Source of the DNA: Camelus ferus
Taxonomy: Eukaryota
Assembly: GCF_009834535.1 (NCBI RefSeq)
Contig: NC_045697.1
Span: 88,228,001 to 88,292,000 of the forward strand
DNA length: 64,000 nucleotides
Reading direction: 5' to 3'
Positions 1 to 12,529 of the stretch are shown here, one piece after another (position 1 is the stretch's first letter; the number at the start of each line of letters is the position of its first letter). Below the pieces are notes generated by a model. That model did not search any database, was not told where the DNA came from, and saw only the letters and a list, made by a program, of their open reading frames with translations. A program made the translations under genes and the position numbers.

Positions 1-599
1 AAATAATGTCATCATACTATTATGAAAATAGTTTTGAAGCCACTCTTGAAAGTCTCAGGAGACCCTAGATTTATGGCATAAAAAAATTATAACCTCGAAC
101 CTTATCATTCTATGTTCATTCAAGGAAGGGTGTGAATTATACATGAGTTAGATGTTTTCTATTTATACCTACACATAGATATATAATACCCACGTCAATA
201 ATAACTCACAAAACTGCATAGCAATTGAAAATTTTATGAGCCTAAATGCAGCTAGCCTTACTTAAGTTTGAATATATCTATTCATTATTTTATTACAATA
301 ATTTTCATCTATAAGTAATACTTCCTGAGTTTTTCTCCATAGATTACCAAAATACAGAGCAAGGAGCTGTTTTTTAAGATACCCATGGTTGTTCACATTA
401 GAGAGCTAAATAAAATGTTATTCACTACTAATTAAACATAAGTGCTTTAGATACTAACTGAATATCTGGAAGAGCTAAATAATTCCATATAATGACATTC
501 TATTTATTTTTTAGTTGTCAGTGAGGACTAGGTTGTCCTCACTATGAGATTGTTTCATAATCTCATTTTAATCATTCACTAAACAACTTTTTAAGACCG

Positions 600-825
600 T
601 GAGCTGGTTGAAGGGAGCATGGTTAGCAGACAAAGATAAGGTACAACCTCTGTTTACTGCCATGCAGTGTTGGATATAACTTAGAGTGGTAGGTGCTATA
701 ATGAAACTAAAATACAAGGAGCTAGGGAAGTACAGAAGTAGAGGAACTAACTCAACTCTGCTTGGGGAATCAGAGATAGCTGTGTAGAAAAGGATTAACT
801 TGGAGTTGATTCTTAAAAGACAAGT
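600..825 (-). mobile_element. L2 LINE fragment (ancient)
   Basis: Antisense L2-type purine-rich text (ggtgctataatgaa...ggggaatcagagatagct...gagttgattcttaaaagacaagta). Confidence 0.55.
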
Positions 826-831
826 AATTAA

Positions 832-1082
832 AATAATAATAACTACCATTCCACATCTGTGCTAGGCCCTGTTCCAAGTAGCCTACACTTATGTATAGAC
901 TTAGTCCTCATTAATAACCCAATGAGTAAGAGCAGTTATCACCCTGGTTTTACAGATGATGAGTCTAAGTCACAAGTGGTTAAAAAAAAACCTGCCTACG
1001 GTCAAACAGTAAACGAATATTTGAAACCATATTTGAACCCAAGAAGTCCAGCTTCAGAGTTTGTGCTTTTGATCACTATGCT
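832..1082 (-). mobile_element. MIR SINE, near full length
   Basis: aataataataactaccatt start, core ttttacagatgatgagtctaag, tttgaacccaag...ccagcttcagag end. Confidence 0.85.
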
Positions 1083-1769
1083 GTTCTGCAGTCTCAAACT
1101 ACATGGACTGTCTACTCAGTACTGGGACCTGTGTTTTCTACGTTAGCATTCATTGTGCGTGCAGGAGGAAAGGGCATGCTAGGCAAGAGGGATGCAGAGT
1201 CTGCTAAGAGGGTGCCATATCCTGCTCTATTTTCACTCTGAAGTAGGAAACAAGGCCGTCTTCCTTGGGAGATGGAGGTGGGGTGATGACTGATGCTGGA
1301 CTTGTGTAGATTAAAGACTGAGAGTAGTCACAGCACCACAAGCAGAAAGGAAATAGCTACTTATACATTTACATTTTTAGTGGTCCAGGTCTACTTGCTG
1401 AATTTTTTTTCCCCAGTAGATCTCAGAAACTGAGATATTAAGAAAATACTTGGATTGATCCAAGGTTAGCAATAAAACTGGGTTTTAGGATATTTTGAAG
1501 GAGTGGCTAAAATCATGGACTTTGGGGTTTCGACTGGATAGATGAAGTCCCGACTGAGAAAACGCAGAGCTCTGCTGTTTTGTTTCTGACTTTTCTACCT
1601 ATGAGAAGGACAGGGAGTCTGGAAATAGCAAAATACCACTGAAACCCAAGATAAATGGGAAGATTTTTATGAGCACATGGAGTTTCCAAAAGAATATACG
1701 TTGCCTGTTCCAGAAGAGAAAACGAAATTAGAATCTCATTGCCTGTGTTGAAGTGGCAGTTTTTGTGAT

Positions 1770-1965
1770 GGTAAGCAAATTACTTAAGCTTTGTACCTGC
1801 ATTTTCCTATCTATAAAGTGAGGATGATAGTTGTAATTTACCTCAGAGTGTTATTATTAGAATTAATTGAGTTAAATCATGAAATGCACAGATCTATGCT
1901 TGCCCAGAATAAGAACTTTGTAAGTGCCCACTGTTACTACTAATATTTATATTGTTACTATTATT
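1770..1965 (+). mobile_element. MIR SINE
   Basis: gcaaattacttaagctt...ttttcctatctataaagtgaggatgatag...tacctcagagtgtt...attaattgag, ending in (tta)-type tail. Confidence 0.8.
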
Positions 1966-2637
1966 GTAAACTAAAGGAATAAAGATACAGAATTGCTGGT
2001 TGAAGGGTTCACTATATCAACAAAAACTTTAGTTCTATTCCTTAAGATATTCATTTGGAGTCTGAATACTTCAAAAATTTTTAAGTGCATCACTCAGGAT
2101 TCCTGATTTCTGGGATCTCACTCTCCGAGCGAGTTTGTATCAGTAAATTTTAATCTTATATATAATTTATTGGCTGCAACCTCAAAGAGAAATACCATTT
2201 TATATTCCTATAATTCTTCAAAGTGTATAAAGGTTTTTCCTGAAATAAAAATAATCAGAAAGCAAAACGGTGGACAGGTACTAAGTCTGATGAGACTGCC
2301 CAAGAAATCTAATCCAGGTATTTTGGAATCTCTGTTTCATAATCACCAAAATGTCCTACATCCTCAGAAAGTTAGCTGATTAATCCCCCTTTCTGCTGGC
2401 CTTCACTAAAACCTAGTTCTTCCCATACTGGTCAGAAGCTGTTCATTATCCTCCAGGACAATTATGAATGTGCGGATTAATGTGCAGTCTAGTAATTCTT
2501 GTGTTTAATCACCTCAATTCTATAATAGCAATAAAATGGGAAAGGATTTTATCTAATTGATTGATTTTTAAAGTTGTGTGAAATAGCTAATGCCCATAAC
2601 CACAAAGGAGCTAAGACAGAAAACTGGTAGAAAGTGA

Positions 2638-2810
2638 ATAATAATAGCAAAACAGCTACTCACTATTGAATGATTGCAGAGTACCAGGTATTAGTAATTT
2701 GCATGTACTGACTGGTTCTTATTTATAGGTGGGTACTACTGACTTTTCTCACCTTCAGAATGAGAAGCTGAGTCTGGGAAAGATTATGTAGCCACCTAAG
2801 GGCACACATC
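2638..2810 (-). mobile_element. MIR SINE
   Basis: aataataatagc...tattgaatg...taccagg...cagaatgagaagctgagtct...aagggcacacatctag. Confidence 0.65.
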
Positions 2811-3029
2811 TAGGTTTTATAGGAAAGGAAGTGTTGTAATTTTAAAATGTGGTGATAAATACATCGCTTGGGGATAATCTTCCTGTAGTATGCATTTCTG
2901 CTATTATAATGGGACCAAGGCTATGACATATTTTTTGGTTTTATATTAAGATGTAGGTGATATAAAAATCTGAACAAGATTAATAACTTCTATTTTGTAA
3001 TGGCTTCATAGTGTCCCAGCACAGAACTT

Positions 3030-3690
3030 TCACTGTCTTTTACTTTGGATAGACTTCTTACTACCACCACCAAGGACTTGAAGCTTCTCTTCTTTGATCA
3101 AATCATCAGGGCACATTCCACATGGAGCCTTGAGACATGCTCAGTTACCGAGACCTATTCCTTGTAGACTGTTTCCAAAGAGATATTTGTAGGTTAATAT
3201 AAAACCTCATCACTTTATCAGCCCATCACTCTTGCAGTATTCTATTCCATGTCCACAGTGGGTAGGCTAGCTCTCCTCTCTTCTGAGAGACTTCTCTACA
3301 TATTCCTTGCTGGAGTACAGCCAGTCCATCCTCAATTAGAGGTAAAACTGCTGTCAGCAACTACTCATACCCAAACTTTGTTTTCTCTCATCCTTTGGAT
3401 CCCTGACAGAATTATTTTATTAGGTTCCTCTCTTTCAAACTTTTCAAATCTATCTGGATAAATTCTCTTCAGGTGCAGCTCCTTGTTTCCAAGTTTAGCT
3501 GTCATTGCTATGATCATCAAAGAGAAGCTGTTCTTACTGCGTACAACAGTGCTTCAGCCTCGATAAAATCAGACTGCTTTCTGAAATCTAGTTTTCCATA
3601 TCAGTGCACCACCCTCCAGGAAATGGAGCTGCCAGTAAAACTAGCTAGGTTACATATCTTTATATCTGTGCTCACTCATAGACAGTGTTC
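3030..3690 (-). mobile_element. CR1/L3 LINE reverse-transcriptase remnant
   Basis: Reverse complement is collinear with CR1 ORF2 3' part: gaggctgaagcactg, caaagtttgggtatgagt, cccactgt, tagaatactgc...tgggc, aagaagagaagcttca. Explains ORFs 3249..3461 and 3473..3694. Confidence 0.55.
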
Positions 3691-6429
3691 ATGACCAGCG
3701 AGCTGCTTCTGTTTCTTATGTAAACTCAGCACTTTAAATAGTCATTAGATTTCCTAAATGTGGTAACATAAGTCTGTGACTGTTTAGGAGTTTCTCATGA
3801 ATATCTAGACTTTAAACAAAGAAGTTAAAGTAAATAATTTGATTTTTAAATGTACACAATCTCTATTATGGCTAATATCTGATAATTTATGAGGAAATTG
3901 TTGGTTCGTGTGTGTTGTATTTATCCTTTTAGATTATAATTAGAAACTCTAAAATTTCCATTTCTGGAATTTTTACTCTAGATTAGTTAATATGGTAAGA
4001 TTAATGGAGAATCCAAACTAATTAATGACTAAAATATAAAATGTATGAAAACTTACAATTATTTAGATACAAAAAGGGTATCTTGTCTATACCAATGAAT
4101 ACATTTTTTGTGTTACCTATTATTTCACTGTGTGATGAAAATATCACAAAATCATATTTGTATCACTTCTCTTAATTAAAATAATCTAGGCATACAGAAA
4201 ATGGAGAAATTGAAGCAATAGTTTAGATTAAACCTTCACCAAACCTCGGCATCTCTTTTCTATCCAGCACAAAATGCACTTCTGACCAACAACCTTTATT
4301 TTTTAACTTCTTATCAAGTATTCTGGTGTTGTTTAGACATAGTATAGTTCAAAAAATTAATTGAACATTTTAGATAAAACAGTGAAAAGGGGATGCTTAA
4401 TGCAATTCCACTTATCTGTATGATCAAAATGAATTTTCATGAAGCAGTTTGAGAAGTTATAGTATGGAATACAGACTTGGTTTATGACTTGGTTTCATTC
4501 ATTCTTTATCTTTAATGAAGAAAAAAATTAAGATCTGAGTCATGGAGTTAGCTCTCATCCTTATTAATAAATTAGAGCAGTAGTATGACGGTATCAGTTA
4601 AACAGCCGTAAGAAAGCTGAGCCTAGCAACTTTTTTTTAGGAGTAAATAGCTCCTTTATGAATTACAGGAGAAAACCCTCACACACAAATCTTACAGAAA
4701 ACTTTTGAAAGTTGAATTGAGATCACAATAAATTACATTCGTTTGGATCAATATTTTTGTCTAACTTTGAAGTAGTATAAAATAACTTATACCCTTAGGC
4801 TTACTAGCTTCAGGAGGAAAAAAAAAAAAGGTACATGCACAAGGTATATCTTTTAGGAAGATTAAAAAAATAGGGTTGTATAAAAGACCCTGGATGATTT
4901 ATCATTCATTAAGAAAAACAGTGCACTATCTGGCCAGAGATTTCAAATAACCAAGCCGAGTTATGAGAGGACTGAAAAATAAAATGCCAACTTAATTAAA
5001 ACAATAAGTAGATAGGGGGTCAGATAGATAGAAAGATAGACAGACAGACAGATCGAAAGTGGTAAAGGTAGTTTGAGCCTATAAATATAAGCTTAAAATG
5101 CAAATACTGGTGATACTTCTTCAATAGCCAAGTGATAACTAGTTAAAAATATCAGAATGAAGTTGTTTTTGTGGTATCTGAAGGGATTTTTAGATTTCTT
5201 CTTTTTTATACGTTTTTAACACAGTTATACATTTTAACATAAGTAAAACAAAGTTATCTTGTTATTCTAGGATGCTAACCCCATTCCTAAACAGCCCCAC
5301 TCTCCTGGCCTAAAGGAGAGCAGGTTGTATGGGACGTGGACTGCTATACATTTGTTCTGCCTTTTTCCTGAATCAAAACTTATAAATGCTGCATAATAAA
5401 TAGAATTTGCATGGTCATTTGTACCAAAAAATCATTTGGTTTCCATTAGTCACCAGTCAAATATTCTTCCCCAAGGAACAATTATTTCCAATAATCTCCA
5501 CTTTTTTTCCTTGTTCAGTCCTGTATTTCCTCAGTCTTTCTTGTAACTTCCATTGTTATCAAATACAAGAGAAGCTGAAAGATTCCTCCTTCTGATCTAT
5601 AGAAGACAAGGATTTAGGCTAAATCATTTTCAATATTTCCTAAAGGCATTTGTAGCTGTCTTGAAAATCTAATAGAAGTAGTAATCTTTTTATTTATTTA
5701 TTTATTTATTGCTAGAATTACATCAACACAGATTGGTTGTCATAATGATAGAAGATTAGATTGATAGTAAAAAGATTGGTCTTTGAAAAAGAAAAAATGA
5801 GGAAACAAAATTTAATCAAATAAAGGCATTTTATTAGGTAGACCAGATCTTTCAACATATGGAATACACGTGGGAAAACAGAATAATTAAAGAGTCATTA
5901 ATGGTAAGAAGTTTGGGAACCACGTATTAAGCTATCTTCCTCTTCCAAAGTGGAAGTGTTAAGAGATGGTGTTTGTAATGTTGAAAGAAGAAAGGAAACT
6001 TCAAACATCTGTAACTTCTTTAATTCAACAGGTTTATGGAAAAATTAAGCCTATTACATCTTAAAATATTTATTGATATCTCAAATTTGACAAAATCAGG
6101 AGAGGGCTTAGTCATTTTGATTATTTTTAAGGAGTCTGAAGCTTTTTGGTGTAATTTTGGTATTTCAACTGGATGTATGTGGCATTTTGCAAGTTTTAGA
6201 TAAGTTGGAAATGTTATTAACCAAATTATCTAAAATGTATTTTATGGAAAGTAAAATATCACACATTTTATACATTTTATTCAGAAGTCTTGGATATAAG
6301 GTCAGAAGTCATATCATATATTTTCTCTTACCTTCAAAAAATACAATTAATATGCGTAAGTTCTTTGTGACTTAGACTTTTCAATTTTTAATTTTTCAAA
6401 AACTAAAATATAGTATAACAATGTTCTTT

Positions 6430-6640
6430 AACATCTTTATTGAAGTAAAACTGCTTTTCAATGAATTATACATGTTTAAATTGTGAACTTATGTAAGTTT
6501 TGCTATATGTATGCTGTCATGAAATTACCACCATAATTAAAATAGTAAGTGTACTCTACCACTACTGAAGGTTTTCTCATGCCTGTTTGAGATCCTTCCC
6601 TCCACTGTTCCTTGTGCCCCATTATCCCTGAGCAACCTGA
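6430..6640 (-). mobile_element. Old L1 3' end (L1MB/MC-like)
   Basis: ctttattgaagtaaaa...gttttgctatatgtatgc...gaaattaccaccataattaaaatag...atccctgagcaacc. Confidence 0.75.
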
Positions 6641-6647
6641 CTGGCTT

Positions 6648-6870
6648 CGAGGCCAGCTACAGAACTTGCAGGACCTAGTACAAAATGAAAATATGAGCTC
6701 CTTTTCATGTTCAGAAAACAGAAAATTTCTCCTTAAAAGTACAAAGCTTTTTCTTTCCTTCTGCAGTCTCTCTCTTAGCTTGTCATGGTGGTTTTGTTTG
6801 GTTGGTTGGTTGGGGTTTTTATTTTTGTTTTTTTTCTATTTAATGTCATTCTAAGTAAAGAAAAATTGAA
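6648..6870. mobile_element. MER45-family hAT-Tip100 DNA transposon, one end only
   Basis: gaggccagctacagaacttgcaggacctagtacaaaatgaaaatatgagctcc resembles the MER45 terminus; continues to gtcattctaagtaaagaaaaatt. Confidence 0.7.
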
Positions 6871-6875
6871 CTTTG

Positions 6876-9310
6876 AGGGGAGGAGTTCAAGATGGCAGCA
6901 TAGGAAGTCCCTGTTCTCACCTCCTCTTAAGAACACAACAATTTGTAGCCATTTATGGAATAATTTTCTTCTAAAAAGGACATGAGAACTAGGTGAACAG
7001 TGACTCCATAACAAAAGATAAAAGAGACATGTTGATATGGGAAGAGAGGCAGAGACTTGATCTTACCCAGAACCCCACCCCAGCCACTGTGTCCCACAAA
7101 TAGGAAGGGATCCCAAAAGTATGGAACTTTGCCTCAAGGAGTGAGTACACTGTGCCTCACATCATGCACCTCAGCCAGATCCAGCTTTGGAAAAAGGAGC
7201 CCCCCCAATGTCTGGTTTTGAAATCAATAGTGATTAAGTCCAAAGGAACCACAGAACTGTAGGGAACAGAGAGCCCACTTTAGAAGAGCTTGTGCACAGA
7301 CCCACTCACCCTGAGACCTCATGAAAAGGCAACAGTTTGAAAAGCACCTTGGTTACGAGTGAGCACAACCCACTTACAAATCCTAAAGTGGGTAAAGAGA
7401 CAGGAACCTGCAGTGACTTTCTCTGGGCGCCAAAATGCTGGTGAGCACCATTTTTGCAATCTCATTCTAACTCACCAGTAAGGAAGCTGGTGAGCGCCAT
7501 TTGCGGTGTCTCCCCTCTAGCCTGCCAGCACCAGTGGGTGTGCTCTGAGCTCTGCACAGCCCACACGTAAGCTGTGCCACAACCTGGATGGCAGGCACAC
7601 CAGACCCTGCCATCCCCACACAGCAGCCTCGGCCCTGCCACAGCTGGTGAGGGTGTGCGGTTCCCATGAGGGATGCCCCCTGAGCACCAGGCTCTGGAGA
7701 GGAGGGGAGATTGTGCTTGTGGGCCCCGTGGATCATCTCCTCCACAAAACCAGACCTTTCAGACTGGTAGGGGTAGCTGTTTTGACTAATACATAGAGTC
7801 AAACACAGAGAGTCAGGCAAAATGAAACTAAGGAGTATGTTTCAAACCAAAGAACAAGACAAATCTGCAGAAAAAGACCTTAATGAAATGAAGATAAACA
7901 ACCTACCTGATAAAGAGACCAAGGTAATGGTCATAAAGATGCTCTCTGAGCTCTGGAGAAGAATGGATAAACACTGTGAGAACTTCAACAGAGAGACAGA
8001 AAATATAAGAAAGGGCCAAACGGAGATTATAAATGAACTAAAATATACACTACAGCAGAATAGATGAAATAGAAGTCATTGATCTCACCCAGACAGACCA
8101 GAAAAATGAAAGGAAAATTTTAAAAACCAAGGATAACCTTAAGGAACCTCTGAGATAACATCAAACAGAATAATATTAGCATTGGAGGGGTCTCAGAAAG
8201 AAAAGGGAGTAAGGAAAGGGCAGAAAATGTATTTGTTAGAATAATGGCTGAGAAATTCCCTAACTTGGGGAAAGAAACCCATACCCAGGCCAGGGAATCC
8301 CAGAAGGTTCCAAAAAAGATGGAACACAGAGAACCACACCAAGACACATTCTAATTAAAATAATTAAAATTTTAAAAATTAAGGGCAGAGAGAGAATCTT
8401 AAAAGCAGTGGAAGAAAAATAACCTGTTATGTATAAAGAAACCACCATACAACTATCAGAAGATTTTTCAGTGGAAACTTTCCAGGCCAGAAGTGGGTAG
8501 CATGATAGATTCAAACTGCTGAAAGGGAAAAATTTATAGCCAAGAATACTCCATCCGACAAGGTCATCATTCAGAATTGAAGGAGAGCAAAAGTTTCCCA
8601 GACAAGGAAAAACTAAAAGAGCTCATCACCACTAAACTGGCCTTACAAGAAATGTTAAAAAAAACTTCTTTAAGTGGAAAATAAAAGGCTATAACTAGAA
8701 ATAAGAAAATATGTGAAAGAAAAAAATCTCCTGGTAAAGTCAAATACATAGTAAAGGTAGTGGATGAAGCTAAGATGAAGGTTAAAAAACAAAAGTAGTA
8801 AAATAAACTGTAACTACAGTAATTACTTAAGAGATACACAAAATAAAAATGTGTAAATTATGATGCCCAAACATGAAAAGTGGATTGGGGATGGGTAGTA
8901 AAAATGTAGAGCTATAGAATGTGTTCAAGCATTTCATTTATGTCAATGGATGGATCATTCAGACAGATGGTTACCACAAGATTCACATATAACAATAAAT
9001 ATATTTATATATATATACATATATGTATATATAGCAGTCTATTTATGTATACAATGGAATATTATTCTACTATGAAAAAGAATGAGATCTCACAGTTTGT
9101 GACAACATGAATGTATCTAGAGGGTGTTACGCTAAGTGAAGTAAGTCAGAGAGATGCAAATACCATATGATTTCACTTATTTGTGGAATCTAAAAAAAAA
9201 AAAATCAAATGAATAAATAAAACAAAACAGAAAAAAACTCATAGAAAAAGAGAACAAACTGGTGTTGCCAGAGGGGAGGGGAGGGTGGGAGGACAGGTGA
9301 CGTAAGTGAG
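6876..9310 (+). mobile_element. L1 with 5'UTR, ORF1, inter-ORF region and partial 3'UTR; ORF2 almost entirely missing
   Basis: 5' start gggaggagttcaagatggc; GC-richer UTR; ORF1 homology; ORF2 C-terminal YTMEYYSTMKKNEI at ~9048; 3'UTR taagtgaagtaagtcagagag; no poly(A). Confidence 0.9.
7822..8673 (+). pseudogene. L1 ORF1p, disrupted by frameshifts and stops
   Basis: MFQTKEQDKSAEKDLNEMKINNLPDKETKVMVIKMLSEL N-terminus; IMAEKFPNLGKE RRM region; TTKLALQEMLK C-terminus ending near taa 8671-8673. Confidence 0.88.
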
Positions 9311-9311
9311 G

Positions 9312-9658
9312 TTCTCTTCATGAACTCTCTTCTCTCTGGTGTTCTTCCCTGTAAACTCTGGGTTGAAAAGAATCCCTATCTTTGTCTTCAAATCAGGAGA
9401 CCACCAAGCTCTACCTGGGTTTCTTCTCCCTGTGCCATGGCCTGGAAACTTTCTCTAGGCAGTAAGCTAGGGCAATCATAGAGCTTATACCATTTGTTTT
9501 CCAGCTCTCAGAGATCACTGACCTTCTTTTTCTGATGTCTAATGTTTTAAATGCCTTTGTTTCATATATTTCTTTTCTTTTTTTTTTTTTTTTTGGTTAT
9601 TTCAGATAGACAGGTAAATCAGGTCCCTACTACTCCATCTTGACTAGAAAAAGAAATT
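9312..9658 (-). mobile_element. Old L1 5' end (L1MC/ME-like)
   Basis: Reverse complement starts gaatttctttttctagtcaagatggagtagtagggacctgatttacc...ctgaaataac, typical of old L1M 5' termini. Confidence 0.7.
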
Positions 9659-9669
9659 CAGGCAATCTT

Positions 9670-10253
9670 TTATTTTTTCTTTTCCATTATGGTTTATTAT
9701 AGGATACTGAATATAGTTCCTTGTGCTATCCAGTAGGAAATTATTTATTTATTTTATATATAGTAGTTTATATCTGTTCATCCCAAACTCCTAATTTATC
9801 CCTTCCCCTCCCACTTTCCCCTTTAGTAACCGTAAGTTTGTTTTCTCTGCTTGGAGTCTTGTTTGTTTCATAGGTAAGTTCATTTGTGTCATGTTTTAGA
9901 GTCCACATGTAAGTGATATCACATGATATTTGTCTTTCTCTTTCTGACTTACTTCACTTAGAATGATAATCTCTAGGTCCATCCATGTTGGTGCAAATGG
10001 TGTTATACCATACCACATCTTAATCCATTCATCTGTTGATGGACAGTTAGGTTGCTTCCATGTTTTGGCTATTGTACATAGTGTTGCTGTGAGCATTGGG
10101 GTGCATGTATCTTTTCAAATTATAGTTTTCTCTGGATATATGCCCAGGAATGGGATTGCTGGATCATCTGGCAACTATGTTTAGTTTTTTTAAAAGAACC
10201 TCCATACTGTTCTCCATAGTGGATGCACCAATTTACGTTCCTACCAAACAGTG
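9670..10253 (-). mobile_element. 5'-truncated cetartiodactyl-type L1 with 11-bp TSD
   Basis: ORF2 C-terminus (TIAKTWKQPNCPSTDEWIK) and 3'UTR; caggcaatctt at 9659-9669 and 10254-10264. Confidence 0.92.
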
Positions 10254-10454
10254 CAGGCAATCTTGACTTTTTAAAAATTTATAGGTAAAATTTTTGTTTC
10301 TTCTTAATAAATTTATAGCTGTTTGAAATCATATCTATCATTTCTTAAGCCTCTAAAAATTAGCTAACTTACAACATCTAGAAGTTTAAGCTTAATATTT
10401 TTACTCTGTGTCTTCTCTTCTTTGTTCAGAGTCCCCTTAAGTCTTATCATTCAG

Positions 10455-10592
10455 TATAGTTTTCTGACTAAAAGCATGAGATCACTAGAGAGTATGTTAG
10501 AAAGGCAGAATCTCAGGCTTCAATCAAAACTACTGAACAAAGTTTTTAACAAGATCTCCAAGCAAATTATGTTAAATTTCAGAAAGTACTGC
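10455..10592. mobile_element. MER5-family hAT-Charlie fragment
   Basis: tgttagaaaggcagaatctcagg...actactgaa...ttttaacaagatctcca...aaagtactg. Confidence 0.65.
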
Positions 10593-10729
10593 ACTATGGG
10601 GTACTTCTTCAGAAGGCACTGAGATCTCATTTTTAGTTCCTTAATGGAAATTCCTAGTCTAAGTTCAGGATCTTAACCTTGTACACCAAAGCACCCCTCT
10701 TGGAATCCAGCCATTATGCATTTGCTTTC

Positions 10730-10920
10730 AAATTCTCACAATTTCTAGCTGTGTAAATTTGAGTAAGGTAATTTCTAGTCTCAGTTTCTTCATCTATCAA
10801 GCAGAACTAATAAAATTGATTTCATAGGAATGTTGTAAAATCAAATTAGACATTACATCTAGTATCTGGCATTATATCATAACTTCTAAAGAAATGGTAA
10901 TTATGATTATTATTAGTTTA
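10730..10920 (+). mobile_element. MIR SINE
   Basis: tctagctgtgtaaattttgagtaagg...tctcagtttcttcatctatcaa...tcataggaatgttgt...attattattag. Confidence 0.75.
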
Positions 10921-12529
10921 TTATCCTGTAAATTTTGAAGGGAAAGAGTGATGTTAAATTTCTCTGCATTTCCTACAACTGTTCTAAGAGAGAAGATACT
11001 TATTGCCTGATTGATTGATTGTAATGATATTTGAATGCTTCTCTATCTAGGTAATTAAGAAAAAAATAGAAGTTAATGAAACTACTTCTAATGTGTAGAG
11101 TGTATGACTCACTGAGCAGTCATAATCATTGAAGGAGAAAATAGACTACTTCACTCATGTTTAAGGGCAGAGTATGTTCAACTCATTGATTTTCAATGTT
11201 CACCAAGACAACTTCATATGAAATTAATTTTACCTGCTTCTTATTCTTGTTTCATTTTAAGTAACAAAGCCACTCTGCCTTAGTGAAATTTTTTATTAAA
11301 TACTCCTGCAAAACTTTAATGAATGTGCAGTGGCCTTCATTGTACTGCCACAATTCACCTTAATTTTATTGTCCAAATTTTTTTTTTTTGAGAAAATGAC
11401 AATCTAGCTAAGAGAGAAAGGAAATTCATCCAGCACGTCACGATTCAGTGTGTTGCTCTTTATACACAAAGGTGATATGACTGCCCTGTGATCACTATGA
11501 CACTGAAGATTTTTTTTCCCTTGGCTTCTCTTCTTCCCAATTTTGGTGAAATATTGGAGCTAATCTACTGCAGTCTTTCAGGTTGTCACACTTTAATGAT
11601 ATGCAGGAAGCATTTTTGAGAGATTAATGAAAACTACACATATGTTTTGACCAGGTGGACTGAAACAATGATTATAGCCATATTAAGATAATAATCTAAA
11701 TGGCCACTTTGGGGCAGAAAAGAAATTTCTTAAGCATTATTCAAAATCTGTGTACAAAACGGCACATAAGAGACATAAAAATGATTTTAAAATTAATTTA
11801 ATCATTAAGGTTATTTTCCAAAAACAAACATTATTATAAAATTATTTTAAGGCTAATATACTTACTAAATTGTAAAAGTATAAAAAATGCATTTCCTAAT
11901 TGATGTTGGGAATATTTTCTTCCATCCGAGACGCTATCAACTTTGGGGGGAAAAGAGCAAATATAAAATTTATTGTCTTTGAAAGAATCACTTGTCAAAA
12001 CAATTAGTAACTATCAACTTTTTATTTGAAAACTTGGTCTCCCATAAATGTGAAAAATATGCAGATCCCTTTCCCCGTACTCCCAAATTATTTGCATCTC
12101 CTAAGTCAAATTGCTGTTAGGGCTTATGAACTGCTGAGAAATATGAGGCTCTGAATTTGAAGTTCTCCAGATGATAACTAGTAACTAATATGGTGCTTTG
12201 TCTTTTATGGGACTGATTGAGACTCTGGAGACCAGCTTTAAAGAGATCCTGGACAAATACTAGAAAGAAGTGTATCCTGGAGAGGGCCAGCCTTTCCTGT
12301 CCCTTGGCGGAGACAGTGCTGGGCACCTGGAGAGCAGAGATCCTTCCCCTAAGTACCCTAGCAGTAGCACTGGCAATCTTTTTGCCCATATATGTCCAGC
12401 CCATAAGGCAGTTGTGTCAGTGGCCTGTGGGACTAGTGCCATTTGGCATCTTCCAACAGCCAGTTCTCATACTCTGTGGATTCACAAAGGAAAACACCTA
12501 GCCACTTAAGGAACCGCAGCAAACAGAAT

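Noticed and set aside
544..566. atgagatt/aatctcat 8-bp hairpin
   Set aside because: Too short to exceed chance in 64 kb of AT-rich DNA
1630..1751. Protein-like peptide DKWEDFYEHMEFPKEYTLPVPEEKTKLESHCLC
   Set aside because: Short, bounded by stops, no convincing splice context, and not recognised as any protein
5022..5053. Short (AGAT)/(AGAC) repeats and other small STRs (5690, 13665, 53355)
   Set aside because: Ordinary microsatellites
12117..12509. Four overlapping ORFs in a GC-richer patch
   Set aside because: No recognisable protein; the local GC content accounts for the scarcity of stops
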